Below, in pieces: positions 1 to 12,477 of a stretch of 64,000 bases of DNA. The notes under the pieces were generated by a model. The model was not told the DNA's origin. It worked only from the letters and a program-made list of their open reading frames with translations, and made no database searches. A program made the translations under genes and the position numbers. Source of the stretch: Octopus sinensis (lineage: Eukaryota); contig NC_042997.1 of assembly GCF_006345805.1 (NCBI RefSeq), forward strand, positions 175,832,001 through 175,896,000. The letters are read 5' to 3'. Position 1 is the stretch's first letter; every line of letters begins with the position of its first letter.

Positions 1-110
1 TTTACGTGCCACCGGCACAGGTGCCTGACGAGGCTGGCAAATGGCCACGATCGGGTGGTGCTTTTTACATCCCACCGGATGATGATGATAATGGATGCTG
101 ACATCATAGC
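1..110 (-). mobile_element. Fragment of RTE 3' UTR tandem unit
   Basis: GTGCTTTTTACGTGCCACCGGCAC...GAGGCTGGCAA unit matches the tandem units at 5680-5900 of the RTE LINE. Confidence 0.7.
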
Positions 111-704
111 CACTGCTGCCAACAACAACAACAATAGTGATGCATTGATCACATAAGCATGAAGTCAAATTTTTCTCTTAGGGGAATGGAAATTAACTTC
201 ATATTCTAGTTTTGATTCAACTGAATATTTAAGTACTTTTTAATTAAAGATCAAAGTCAAAAGAATCTTGGTCTCTCTAACTAAAAAAAAATCGATTTTT
301 AAAAATCAAGAATGCAATGGTGTAGCTATTCGCTGGAGCAGGGGTAAATTGAAGTCTTAGGAGAAACTTTTTACACCAATTTATCAAATTATTCCTATTG
401 CCGAAATTTAAGTTTGATTTTAAATGCACATTCTAGGTAATATATGTGATTTTTTTGTGCTCTTAATTCAAAATAAAAAATAACTCATTTTCAACAATAT
501 TTACACTAATTTGTTGATGAAAGAACAAAGTTGTAACGAATACGTAACTACTCAGGTTCTACAATCCTTGCCTTATACCAAGAATAAAATATAATGTCCC
601 CTTAAATTTACTATAGCGCATTTTATAAAATTAAATTTACTATAGTTCATTTTATAAGATTAGATTCACTGTAGCTCATTACCAAATAAAGTGTAAATTT
701 AACT

Positions 705-878
705 GGAGTCAGTGTCAGAGTCAGTATAGTTTTAATGACTCTGACTCCAGCTACCCCTTAACTGTTTCTGACTCCAATTCCATGACTCCAACTCTGACTC
801 CATGACTCTGATTCTGACTCCATAACTCCGACTCCATGACTCCGACTCCATGACTCTGACTCTGACTCCACAGTCCTG
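705..878. mobile_element. hAT-like MITE remnant with GACTCC/GGAGTC hexamer arrays
   Basis: GGAGTC units at left, many GACTC(C/T) units at right, end ...CCACAGTCCTG (CAG-type terminus on minus strand). Confidence 0.5.
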
Positions 879-2409
879 TTTTTGAAAACTGATGTGACCA
901 ACCTCACTCTTTCTGAGTAGGACTGGCCATGTCATTTCTCAACACAGAGTTTTGAGTAAAGCTCCTTTCTTCCTATAGCTCTAATATAACAGTAAACTAG
1001 AGTGAGGTTAGAAACTTATCAATATTTTACATGAAGTGATTGGCTGCTATTTAGACATAAGCAACTAGATCAATAACAGCAGGTCCAAGCATGATCTAAA
1101 CTACGATTATATGCTTAGCTTATCATGGACTTACGTTGTCAAGATTTCTGTTTTTCACAATATTTTTGTTTATCATGGTACAAATTTGACTGAGCGTCTA
1201 CTCCTGAAATACTTAGAAACTCATCATGAGCAATATACAACTGCAACCCACAAAACCTAGATATTAGAGCATCAGAAAATTTTTTATGGTAACATTTCAC
1301 TTTCTCGCATCTTAGACTGCTTCAGACTTCAGTGTTAGGAAATATACCTGTCTTGTGCACAACTAAAACTCTACATAATCCAACGGTGTGTTTATCTAGA
1401 CTACCACTGACACATAGAGAATAAATTATCAATCACAATAAACACATAAGCTTTAAACAATATTGATCATATACCTAGAAGGCTATCTCCTTTGTAGATA
1501 AGCCTTTACTCTTTTATAATCTCATATCTGGATGACTCATTTATAAGTAAATATGTTCGTGAGTGTTGTGTGAGCATTTCCTGAAATAACAGCATGTTCA
1601 ATTCTCTTCAATGTTTAATAGAAATCATTTCAATTTTACTTTATTGTAATCACTTTACCCATGATAATCTGAAAGGAAAAGTAATAAATTTCATGATATT
1701 GTGTGTATGTGTGTGCCAGAAATTTTTCTCTTGTTCTATTGTGCTTGTTAATTAGTGGATTAATAGTAATTTCTTACTTTCAGACAACACAGTTGCAAAC
1801 TTGTTGAAGAAGACAACATATACACATACTTACAGAAATAAGTATACACATAAAACACACACACATGCACATAAACACAAAATCCCATTTGTAGCACGTA
1901 AGTTGTTATACATGGTGGAAATGAACTTGTGGCTGAGTTTGATTGCTACTTAGAAACAGTGGTCAAAGGCATGGCTGAGAGTTTAAGAAGTTCATTTCAC
2001 AATCACGAGGTCTTGAGTTCAATTCCACTGTCTTGCATCTTGAGCAAGCATCTTTATCACAGCTTAAGTATTATGAGTGACATTGAGTAGACTGAAAATG
2101 TATGTGTGCCCACCAGATGGATTGTACCGCTAATTCAAAGATCTAGCCTTAGCACATTGTGCCAAGCTGATTTCAGTCTGGGAATTATATTATGGATAGA
2201 CATGTCTATGGGATACACGGCAGCCACTTCGGCATTAATGTAAGGAGCCAGGCATTTAGTTGATTGAACAACTAAAAGTTCATTGTCAAAACTGACAGAA
2301 GACCCACCTGAACCAGATCGTACTTTTAAAGAGCAACAGTAACAGTAAAAAGAGCTTCAAGAACAACTGGAGAATTGGAGTCAGACATATATGCATTTAG
2401 CCATATGGT

Positions 2410-2660
2410 GGAGGTGTATGGCTCAGTGGTGAGGGTGTTGCAATCCCGATCATAAGGTTGTGGTTTCAGTTCCTGGACTGAGTGATGCATAGTGTTCTTG
2501 AGCAAAACACTCCATTTCATGTTGCTTTAGTCTACTGGATGGCAAAAACGAGTAATCTTGCAGTGGACCAGTGTCCTGTCAAGTGACTGTGTATGGTGGG
2601 GTGGATATATATGCCACAGATACTTGGAAATCATCCTCATGGATCTATGACTCAGGAAGG
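2410..2660 (+). mobile_element. tRNA-derived SINE (Meta-domain-like)
   Basis: A box TGGCTCAGTGG, degenerate B box, TTCTTGAGCAAAACAC core shared with copies at 19150, 44853 and 63022. Confidence 0.7.
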
Positions 2661-3410
2661 GCCTTTCATCTTTTGAACTTGAATACAAATACACTCACTG
2701 TTACATGTATGTATTTTAAAGATATATACTAGCTCTCTCTCTCTTCTCTCTCTGTACATGCTTGTGAGGGGTGTGTTACTGTTTCCTTGTCTTCATATTG
2801 CATATTGCAATGGTTGCAAGCAAATGTTACCAACATGCAAGCAGTGTCCTTCATTTCCACTCTTCTGTGGTATGTCTGGTCATCATGAGAAAATAAAACC
2901 TTACTTGCAACAGGTTAGGGCTGGTGACAGGAAGGGCATCAGGCTGCAGAAATGTGCCTCAACAAATTCCATTTGATTCATGTCAGCATGGAAAGGTGAA
3001 AGTAAAATGATTGATGATGATGGTGGTGGTGGTGAGGAGGAGGAGGAGGGTGAAGAGGAGGAGGGTGGAAGAGGAGGAGGTGGTGGTGGAGGAGGAGGAG
3101 GAGAATTTAAGTCTTAAGAGATTATGACAAAGACGCTAAATGATGATGATGATGATGAATAAACTGAAAGATGTAACATTGTGAACATTCAACAATGTAG
3201 TCATGGCAATGTAAAAAGGAAAATGCTTCCTAGAATTTCTAAGACTACACTGTTAAATGTTTTTCCTTCTTTCTCAAGACCTAGCACACACACATTTATA
3301 TATCTATATATATCTGTATGTATATTTATATCTATCTATCTATCTATCTATATATATATATAATACAAAATGGAACAAGAACACTAAACATCCGGCCAGT
3401 TAGGTGATAC

Positions 3411-3445
<35 letters not shown>

Positions 3446-3465
3446 CTATATCTCTTTCTTTCTCA

Positions 3466-3524
<59 letters not shown>

Positions 3525-5335
3525 TGTATGAGTTAGTTTATAAAAACATAAATGGGTGTGCAGGTATTACACCTATTTATATTTTTGCTCATTTCTTTCT
3601 ATATGCTTGTATGTATTAACATTCTTGTCTATACAGTTGCCAGATTTTTCCACTCCTTAATCTGTATCACTCATACATTTGTGTGTATATATCCAATACA
3701 ATTGAATAAATAGACATACTTGAATGTTTACTGGCTAATGTCTGTCGATTTTATATCTTCTCCGTTTTCTTATTTGCTGTATAAACCATGGGTAGATCAC
3801 CTTTACTCCCGCACATATGTAATTCTCAAAGGCAAGTAATACTCATATGTAATACTCAATTGCCATGCAATGACTAGCACTTGACTATGAATAATTGGGT
3901 ACACTGCCAGCAGTATATTGTATAGATACTATCCCTTAGTTGGTTTCTCAAACTCTAACTCACAAAGAAATATATTTATATATATATATATCATCGTCAT
4001 CATCATCATCACCATCGTTTAATGTCCGCTCCAACATCCAAAACTCAGAGTTTTATCATGGCTACTGAATAATTGTCACATATTTACAAATATATTTATA
4101 TATATATATATATTTATACATATATATTATACTTATATATATATAGTTATATAGTTATATGTGTATGTACATATATGTATGTAATATGCATATATATATA
4201 TGTTATTTATATTACTATGTAACTGAACGCCACACATCTATTTCCAAGTAAGTTTATCTTAATAATTCTGATGCAACACTTTCTATTCTTTTCTATTTTT
4301 CTATTACTCTTTCATTTTCTCTCTTCTTTTACTCTATAATTCTATCACTCTTTTGTTTTCTATCTTCTTCTCTCTGATTCTTTTTATCTCCCCTTCTCCC
4401 CTCTTGCTTTTTTCTCCCTTATCCTTTCTGTAATTTTTTCTCTCCCCTTTGCTGTTCTCTGTCTGTCACATTCTCCCCCTCACTCTTCCTCCTTTGCTCT
4501 CTTGTGGCTCCCACGTGACCATTGGCCATCTTTCTGTCTTCCCCTAACTTGTGTTTCTTTCCTTCTGATACTGCTGGATGAATCAGACATATTCTTGTCT
4601 GTCTCCTGTCCAAGCTTGCTTCTTCGCTTTCGCTACCTTACTTCGTTTATACACTTAGCAGCCTTTCCTGTTTGTTTTCACTGTCCTGTTTTTGTTACCC
4701 ATTTTGACCATCGGCAAAATCCCAAATATTATTTAATTTGCTTTGCGGGAGCAACTGTTTTATCTTGTCGTACAATGCTCGAAATACAGATTAGAAAAAC
4801 AGCCAGCAACTGATGAAGGGTTATTCTTTATGTTGCGTGTCTTCTTTTCCATTTTTTTCCTTTGTTGTTCACAAAAAAAGTTCATATCCCATGTACGGTA
4901 CACAAATACAAATAACAGGACATTAACAACAGGTGTCTTTCGACTAAGGATGAATTAAATTAAACTGGCATGTGTGGAAGTAAAGCCTTATGGCAGGGAT
5001 ATAAGATTTGACAGGCACAGGGAGAAATATGGATGTTGCACGGATGGTAATCGAACCAAGAAACAAAAAGGTCAGGCTTGGCCGGACACCGGTCACGTGG
5101 GGAGAGAAGAGAGAGAGAGGTAGACAGAGGGATAGAAGAATTAAGGAGGCGCAAGAAAGAAAAAATGAAAGGGGCAGGTGAAGTGAATGAGGAGGGAAGT
5201 GGGCATGAAGAGAAGGCCAGGAAATGTGAGAGGGGGGAATGAAAGAACAAAGAGTGGGATGGAAGAAGAGTGAAGGGGCTGATAGAAAGACAGAAAGAAT
5301 GAAAGAATAATGGAGTCTTACAAAATTTAGATGTC

Positions 5336-5490
<155 letters not shown>

Positions 5491-5507
5491 GTCTGCATGA
5501 GTTAGTT

Positions 5508-7545
5508 TATCATCATCATCATCATGATCATCGTTTAGCGTCCGCTTTCCATGCTGGCATGGGTTGGACGGTGCAACTAGGGTCTGGGAAGCCAGAAGGC
5601 TGTACCAGGCCCAGTCTGATCTGGCAATGTTTCTACAGCTGGATGCCCTTCCTAACACCAACCACTCCGTGAGTGTAGTGGGTGCTTTTTACGTGCCACT
5701 GGTACAGGTGCCAGACGAGGCTGGCAAACGGCCACGGTCGGATGGTGCTTTTTACGTGCCACCGGCACGGAGGTCAGGCGAGGCTGGCAATGGCCACGAT
5801 CGGATGGTGCTTTTTACGTGCCACCGGCAAGGAAGCTAGTCAGGGTGGCACTGGCAACGGCTATGTTCTGATGGTTCTCTTATGTGCCACCAGCACTGGT
5901 ATCACAGCTACAATTTCCATTCATGTTGATCGATTTTGATTTTTGATTTTTTAATTTTCACTTGCCTCAACAGGTCTTCACAAGTAGGGTTTTGTGTCCC
6001 AAGAAGGAAAGGTATGCATAAGTGGACTGAGGCCATGGGTGATGGTCTCATTGTCCTGCCGGGTCTTCTCACGCACAGCATACTTCCAAAGGTCTCGGTC
6101 TCTAGTCATTTCCTCGGTGAGACCTAAAGTTCGAAGGTCGTGCTTCACCACCTCGACCCAGGTTTTCCTGGGTCTGCCTCTTCCACAGGTTCCCTCAACA
6201 GCTAGGGTGTGGCACTTTTTCACACAACTATCTTCATCCATTCTCGCCACATAGCCATACCAGCGCAAACGTCTCTCTTGCACACCGCAACTGATGCTTC
6301 TTAGGTCCAACTTCTCTCTCAAGGTACTTACACTCTGTCGAGTATGAACACTGACATTACACATCCATCGGAGCATACTGGCTTCATTTCTTGCGAGCTT
6401 ACACATATCCTCAGCAGTCACGGCCCATGTTCCACTGCCATGTAGCATGGCTGTTCGTACACAAGCATCATACAGTCTACCTTTTACTCTGAGTGAGAGG
6501 CCTTTTGTCCCTAGCAGAGGTAAGAGCTCTCTGAACTTTGCCCAAGCTATTCTTACTCTAGCAGTTACACTTTCAACACACCCGCCCCCGCTACTGACTT
6601 GGTCACCTAGGTAACGGAAGCTATCAACTATTTCTAGTTTTTCTCCCTGGAATCTGGTGGAAGTTGCTCTCTGCGCATTTTAAGTGTTTATTGCTCCTGA
6701 GCATCTGCCACATACAAAAACTATCTTCCTAGTTAGCCTTCCCTTGACGTTGCCGCACCTCTTGTGTGTCCATAGCTTACACTTGGTGCATCTTATAGAG
6801 TTTCTACCTACGCCTTTCTTACAGATTGAGCAAGGCCATCTACCTGAAGGCGTTTGTCTACCTTCCTACTTATTAAGACTTTGGTTTTAACTAGGTTGAC
6901 TCTAAGGCCCTTCGATTCTAATCCTTGCTTCCACACCTGAAACTTCTCCTCCAGCTCTGATAGTGACTCAGCAATTAGAGCAAGGTCATCAGCATAGAGG
7001 AGCTCCCAGGGGCATCCTGTCTTGAATTCCTCCGTTATTGCCTGGAGGACTACGATAAATAGGAGGGGGCTGAGGGCTGAACCTTGGTGGACCCCTACCT
7101 CTACCCGGCATTCTTCACTGTACTCGTAGCCAACCCTCACCTTACTAGCAGCGTCCCTGTACATGGCTTGCACAGCTCTCACTAACCATTCATCTATCCC
7201 TAGTTTCGTTATTGACCACCAGATAAGGGATTGGGGGACCCTGTCAAAGGCTTTCTCCATGTCAACGAAAGCCAGGTACAGGGGCTTATCTTTGGCTAGG
7301 TATTTCTCCTGCAGCTGTCTTACCAGGAATGTGGCATCAGTGGTGCTTTTCCCTGGCACGAATCCAAACTGCATCTCATCTAAACTAACTCTCTCTCTAA
7401 TTAGTTGGGCTATGACCCTCTCCGTAACCTTCATTACCTGATCCAACTGCTTGATACCTCTGTAATTATTTGTATCTAGGGCGTCACCTTTACCTTTGTA
7501 GCAGTTGACTATTATGCTGCTACACCAGTCATTGGGTATGGGTAT
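5508..7545 (-). mobile_element. 5'-truncated RTE-clade LINE
   Basis: RT motifs NYRGI, QFGF, FVDMEKAFDRV, GVHQGSALSPLLF, YADD; C-terminal RRLRWYG...GRGRPRKTW; 3' UTR with ~63-bp tandem units and (GAT)n tail. Confidence 0.95.
5990..7545 (-). pseudogene. RTE reverse transcriptase ORF (frameshifted), with PHD-like finger inserted
   Basis: ORFs 6808-7578 and 5978-6448; intervening frame reads WPCSICKKGVGRNSIRCTKCKLWTHKRC...FVCGRC. Confidence 0.9.
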
Positions 7546-7662
7546 GCAGGTACTGCACCCATTTATATTTTTGCTCATTTCTTTCTATATGCTTGTATGT
7601 ATTAACATCCTTGTCTATGCAGTTACCAGCTTTTTCCACTCTTTAATCTGTATCACTCATAT

Positions 7663-7690
<28 letters not shown>

Positions 7691-7697
<7 letters not shown>

Positions 7698-8110
7698 ACA
7701 AGATAAGGGCAGAAGAAAAAATTCTAATGCCAGATACGCCGAAACAAAAAACTGTCGATAACCATTAAATTTATGCGTCTCGAAATATTTATTCATTCCG
7801 TGGGTATGAATAAGTATTTCATTTATATCTCGCGTATGTGTCGCTGAAGAGGGGAAAATTTCTTGTGAATTAACCCCGAAATTGGACCAATACGGTAATA
7901 ACGAATTTTTTAGAGATTTCTATCGGTTTGTTTCGAGACGCATAAATTTAATGGTTATCGACAATTTTTTGTTTTGGCGTATCTGGCATTAGAATTTTTT
8001 CTTCTGCCCTTATCTTGTAAATTATGTATAAATTTTACCTTTAAAGGCATTTTTTGATATGCTGGCCATTGATAAAATTTTTTACCGAAAAAAATTTTAT
8101 CCTATATCAA
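7691..8110 (+). mobile_element. Penelope-type pseudo-LTR / retrozyme-like unit with inverted partial copy
   Basis: ~95-bp inverted arms 7691-7785 and 7931-8025 enclosing a hammerhead; embedded in (TA)n. Confidence 0.7.
7839..7897 (+). ncRNA. Type I hammerhead ribozyme
   Basis: Stem I TGTCG/CGGTA, CTGAAGA (7844-50), stem II GGGG/CCCC, GAAA (7878-81), stem III TTGG-A-CCAA, cleavage triplet ATA. Confidence 0.8.
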
Positions 8111-8139
8111 TTATATATATATATAATATTTATTTTTTA

Positions 8140-8410
8140 TTATCAAGCCTAGCCAGGCTCATGGGCCCAGTTTCCCGGTTTCTATGGCGTATGTTTTTCC
8201 CCCAGCATTGCTCAAGAAACAGGAAGAAAGAGTGAGAGAAAGTTGGGGCGAAAGAGTACAACAGGGGTCGCCACCACCCCCTGCCAGAGCCTCGTGGAGC
8301 TTTAGGTGTTTTCGCTCAATAAACTCACACACTGCCCGGTCTGGAAATCGAAACTAAGATCCTCCGACCATGAGTCCACTGCCCTAAACACTGGGCCATT
8401 GCACCTCCAT
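8140..8410 (-). mobile_element. tRNA-derived SINE
   Basis: Reverse copy of the family at 44853 (GGAGGTGCAATGGCCCAGTG...TTGAGCGAAAACACCTAAAGCTCCACGAGG). Confidence 0.8.
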
Positions 8411-10124
8411 TTAACAAAGATATAACAAAGTATAACATCAACCAGAATCAAAAATGATTTCACACTAACAAAAATACCTTGCTGACTGATATTACTCACT
8501 GTATCAGTCTACTGTTTATTAGTAGTGAACCAACCCACTTCCCACCTGGGCTTAAAAGCATTTATTGAATGGGCTTTATATCCACCTTTGTGTGTGTATT
8601 GTGTTGAATGCCCTTTGGAATTTAACCAGTTGTGAGTTGATGGGTGTGTATGCTGTGATGAATGTATTCTTGAAGACATTCATCACAGCATTTGATGTTT
8701 TCCTTCGTGTGTGTCTCCGCCTGTTTATGTGTATGTAATGTTTCCATTTACGTGTCCCTAGCTGTGTGTGTGTGTGTGTGTGTGTTTTCGTGATGTTTTC
8801 TTTTGTGTGTATGAGTGTGTGCAGAGGTGTATGTGTATGTATTTTGTGATGTTTTCTTTTGTTTGTATGTGTAACTCTTATGTGAGTGTTCGTATTTGTG
8901 TGCAGACGTGTGTGTGTATGGTTTTTGCGATGTTTTTCTTTTGTGTGTTTGTGTGCGCGTGTGTGTTTTTTTTGCAATATGTATGTATGTGTTCAGAGGT
9001 GTGTTTGTGTGTGTGTGTGTGTGTGTTTGTTTGTGTGTGTATGATGTTTTCGGATCTATTCTGTTTGGCTGCCAGCATAAATTCTGTTCGAATTTATTTC
9101 ATATTCAGTTCAATGATATACTTTTATAGGCTAATTAATGATGTGGAAGTAATTTCGCTATATATCAATAAATAAAGAGTTATTTGCAATTAAAGTTTGA
9201 AAATTTTGGTAATTTAAGCCAATCGTAAGTTACAGACACATTCATGTCTGTTTCGATAGTAACAAGCGGAACATGAGAACTCTTTTGCTTGTTGCCATAA
9301 TAACAGTCTTTGATAAGTCTACGAGGAAGCATGTGTTGACAGCAATCTTTGAAAAATCTTTTTATCTGTGAGGAAGCACGTGTTGATTATTAATTGAATG
9401 CATTTCTAACTTTCGTTTTTAATTTTCAAAAATATTTTGTAATGTGTTGCTTACTGCATGTTTAAATGTTTGTTTTGTAAGCATATTTTGTTCACTATTA
9501 ATTTCATATATAATATATAAACATGTACATACTTTGGAACATTGTTATTTTATAAAACTTTGCTGACAAATTTTTAAATCAACGTAAACATTTATTTACC
9601 TGAAAGAAAATGACCTGTGAACTTCCATCTAATTCTTCCAAATCTTTCTGTTAAAAATTGTAATGTGTTTATCGCATGTAACGTGTTGTTTATCACATTT
9701 GCATTAAATGTATATTGAATGCTAAAATGTTTCTTTCTTTTTGTCATTGAACATTGAGGTGGTTGTGAGCTGAGCTAAAAATAATAGCCAAATAAGATTT
9801 ATTTACATTCAAGAAAATTACCAGAGAATAACACGTGTTGTTTACAAATATTGACAACACGTGCTATTTTCAATATGTTGACAAAATGTGCAGTCACGCA
9901 TAAAATGACAGCTTCCAAATCCTCTTCCATGACTGTGTGAAAATGATCAAACTTTAAACCTCGATAACTTTTTAAAAACATTTTTCTGGAAAAAATGAAG
10001 TAACTCCAGCAATTCAGTTTGGGCAAGTGTATTATTGTACCAAATTTTTTTAAAAATCGGTAAATTTTTGAAATGCTGGCAACCATCCTGGTAATCGTCA
10101 GGATGTTGTTTGCCAGCAAAAAGA

Positions 10125-10547
10125 GGATCTTTTCGGTTTGAACGGCAGTTCTTAACATAATTTCTAGGTAACTAAAAAATTTTAAACTTCGTATACTGAT
10201 AGAATGTGTTTATAAAACATCTTTTTCTCTTGGCTTTATTGAGAAAATTCTATAGTTTGTAAGATATTAGTTGTTTTTGTTTTCTTCAATTTCTGCAATT
10301 TCAACCAATCACTGACGTCCATTGAGGTAAAACAAAAACATTCTGTGCCGTATGAATATGTCCCTCGTTTAAGAAACAGATTGGGTTTATTTACATTTGT
10401 GAAGAAAAAAAGATACCCTTCCCCCCACCCCCACCCCTAACCCTAAAATAAAGTGAAATGCAATAGATCGATACTAGGGTCATACTTATGGGTGGCAATT
10501 TCATATGACACCGCTAGAAAAAACTGCCGTTCAAACCGAAAAGATCC
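10125..10547. mobile_element. Merlin-like MITE (family A)
   Basis: 24-bp TIR GGATCTTTTCGGTTTGAACGGCAG; 8-bp TSD CAAAAAGA/CCAAAAGA; internal CCCTAA repeats. Confidence 0.85.
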
Positions 10548-10773
10548 CCAAAAGATGTTATTTATCCCTGTCAACTCTCACGTATAAACGCTTACAACTA
10601 TACACTGCTAAAATGTAGAATTGTTTCGCTTGCTGTGTGGATAAAGTATTTGTGAACTCTGAGTTGATGGGACAATCAATATATTATCCACTGGAGCATA
10701 TTGTTGTTATATACCGTATCTGCCAGCGTATAAAACACACTTTTATAATTTTTGAATTGCCCGCATCTAATGC

Positions 10774-11020
10774 GTTGACCGGTAATTAATTCACAGGAAA
10801 AAAGTCACAATAATAAAATCACAATTTTGGCTACGAAAAAATGTCACAATTAATTTATGGTGGCCGGTAATAAAGTTACAGATTTATGAGATCCGGGCAA
10901 CCACCACCCCTAGGACAAAACCCCGTCGGACACCCCACCCCCGGACAAAACCCCGTCGGACACCCCACCCCCGGACAAAACCCCTGTGACATTTTTCCTG
11001 TGACTTTTGTACCTGGATTC
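10774..11020. mobile_element. MULE/foldback-like MITE with internal 31-bp tandem repeats
   Basis: TSD TCTAATGC at 10766-73 and 11021-28; subterminal CACAGGAAAAAAGTCACA / TGTGACATTTTTCCTGTG; GGACAAAACCCCGTCGGACACCCCACCCCC repeats. Confidence 0.65.
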
Positions 11021-11305
11021 TCTAATGCAGCCATAACACGGATGGCAAGCTAGGTATAGGTGAACTTGATAGTCCAACAGACACAAGAATCGTTAATAAT
11101 AATGAGATATTGAAAACAAGTCAAAACATGATAGTCTGTTAGTACAAAACATTTGTTAATCATGCACGTACCTTCATAAATTGTTCAAAAGGAAATTCTT
11201 TTTTTAAAATTCCTGTTGCTTTGTCAATATGTAAAAAGACACAGAAATACACACACGCAATAAAAACTATATATATATATATATATATGGTGATTGTCTA
11301 CTCCT

Positions 11306-11323
11306 TATGCAGAGTCTGACCAC

Positions 11324-11401
<78 letters not shown>

Positions 11402-11419
11402 GTGGTCAGACTCTGCATA
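11306..11419. repeat. Palindrome centred on (TA)n
   Basis: TATGCAGAGTCTGACCACCTCA-(TA)n-TGAGGTGGTCAGACTCTGCATA. Confidence 0.95.
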
Positions 11420-11810
11420 TATTATATATTATATATATATACAAGCAGTATCGCCCGGCGTTGCTCGGGTTTGTTTCGACCCTTTAGAATTGGAAATTTT
11501 GAAAAGTAAAAACTTTGCATTATGTAGCAATTATTCTCTTTAAGTGAACATTTTTATGGTTGAAATACACCGAAAAATGACGACACAGCAGTCAAAAAAT
11601 TGTAAAAAAAAAATAGGGATTTTCATAGAAAAAAAAGCACCTTTTTGATGTAAATAATTTTTGGCCTTAACATGGTCCGATTTGAATTTATCTTCTACGG
11701 AATGAAGAGCAAGCCTTCTTCTATCATACTCTCAATTTTGGTCAACTTGCGCCGCAGAGCCTCGGAGGACATAGTGTTTGTTGAAGCTTCCAACCTGCCA
11801 TACACAGACA

Positions 11811-11908
11811 ACTTGTTGCAGCGGTCCTTCAGTTTTTCTAAGCCCTGCAAAATAACTCGGAAGGTTCGGCCTACCTACCTACCTACCTACCTACCTACCT
11901 ACCTACAT

Positions 11909-11945
<37 letters not shown>

Positions 11946-12037
11946 TACACACACACACACACATACATACATACATACATGCATGCATGCATGTATGTAT
12001 GTATGTATGTATGTATGTGTGTGTGTGTGTGTGTGTA

Positions 12038-12072
<35 letters not shown>

Positions 12073-12166
12073 ATGTAGGTAGGTAGGTAGGTAGGTAGGT
12101 AGGTAGGCCGAACCTTCCGAGTTATTTTGCAGGGTTTAGAAAAACTGAAGGACCGCTGCAACAAGT
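11811..12166. repeat. ~355-bp fold-back palindrome (mariner-MITE arm plus compound microsatellite)
   Basis: 60-bp unique arms plus mirrored (CCTA)(CATA)(CA) tracts around a (CATG)n centre. Confidence 0.95.
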
Positions 12167-12268
12167 GTTTGAATCTGAAAGGGGAATGTTTTGAATAAAA
12201 TCATAATTAACTGATCCTCTTGTATAATATTCTTTTACTCAAGGCCAGGATCTTTTCAACACCATCGC
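12105..12268 (+). mobile_element. Partial mariner-derived MITE
   Basis: Homologous to 40790-40948. Confidence 0.75.
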
Positions 12269-12424
12269 GTGTGTGCGCGTGTGTGTGTGTATATGTGTGT
12301 GTGTGTATGTGTGTGCGTGTGTGTGTACATATAGATCTTTTAGTGTGTTCCGTTGTGTTGACAGACTTGCACTTAAAATTTCCTCGTTTTAAATGAAAAC
12401 TTCTTAGTTACTATGGTGACAGCA

Positions 12425-12477
<53 letters not shown>

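Noticed and set aside
20-60. CTGACGA in the RTE 3' unit as a hammerhead core
   Set aside because: No GAAA after the stem; other units read CAGACGA or CAGGCGA
4775-4830. Possible permuted (type II) hammerhead: GCTCGAAA...CTGATGAAGGGT
   Set aside because: Stems I and III cannot be formed convincingly in this copy, and no GAAA follows CTGATGA
8576-9175. His/Thr- or Cys/Val-rich ORFs (also at 11.7, 31.4, 50.8 and 54.4 kb)
   Set aside because: Translations of (CA)n/(CATA)n microsatellites
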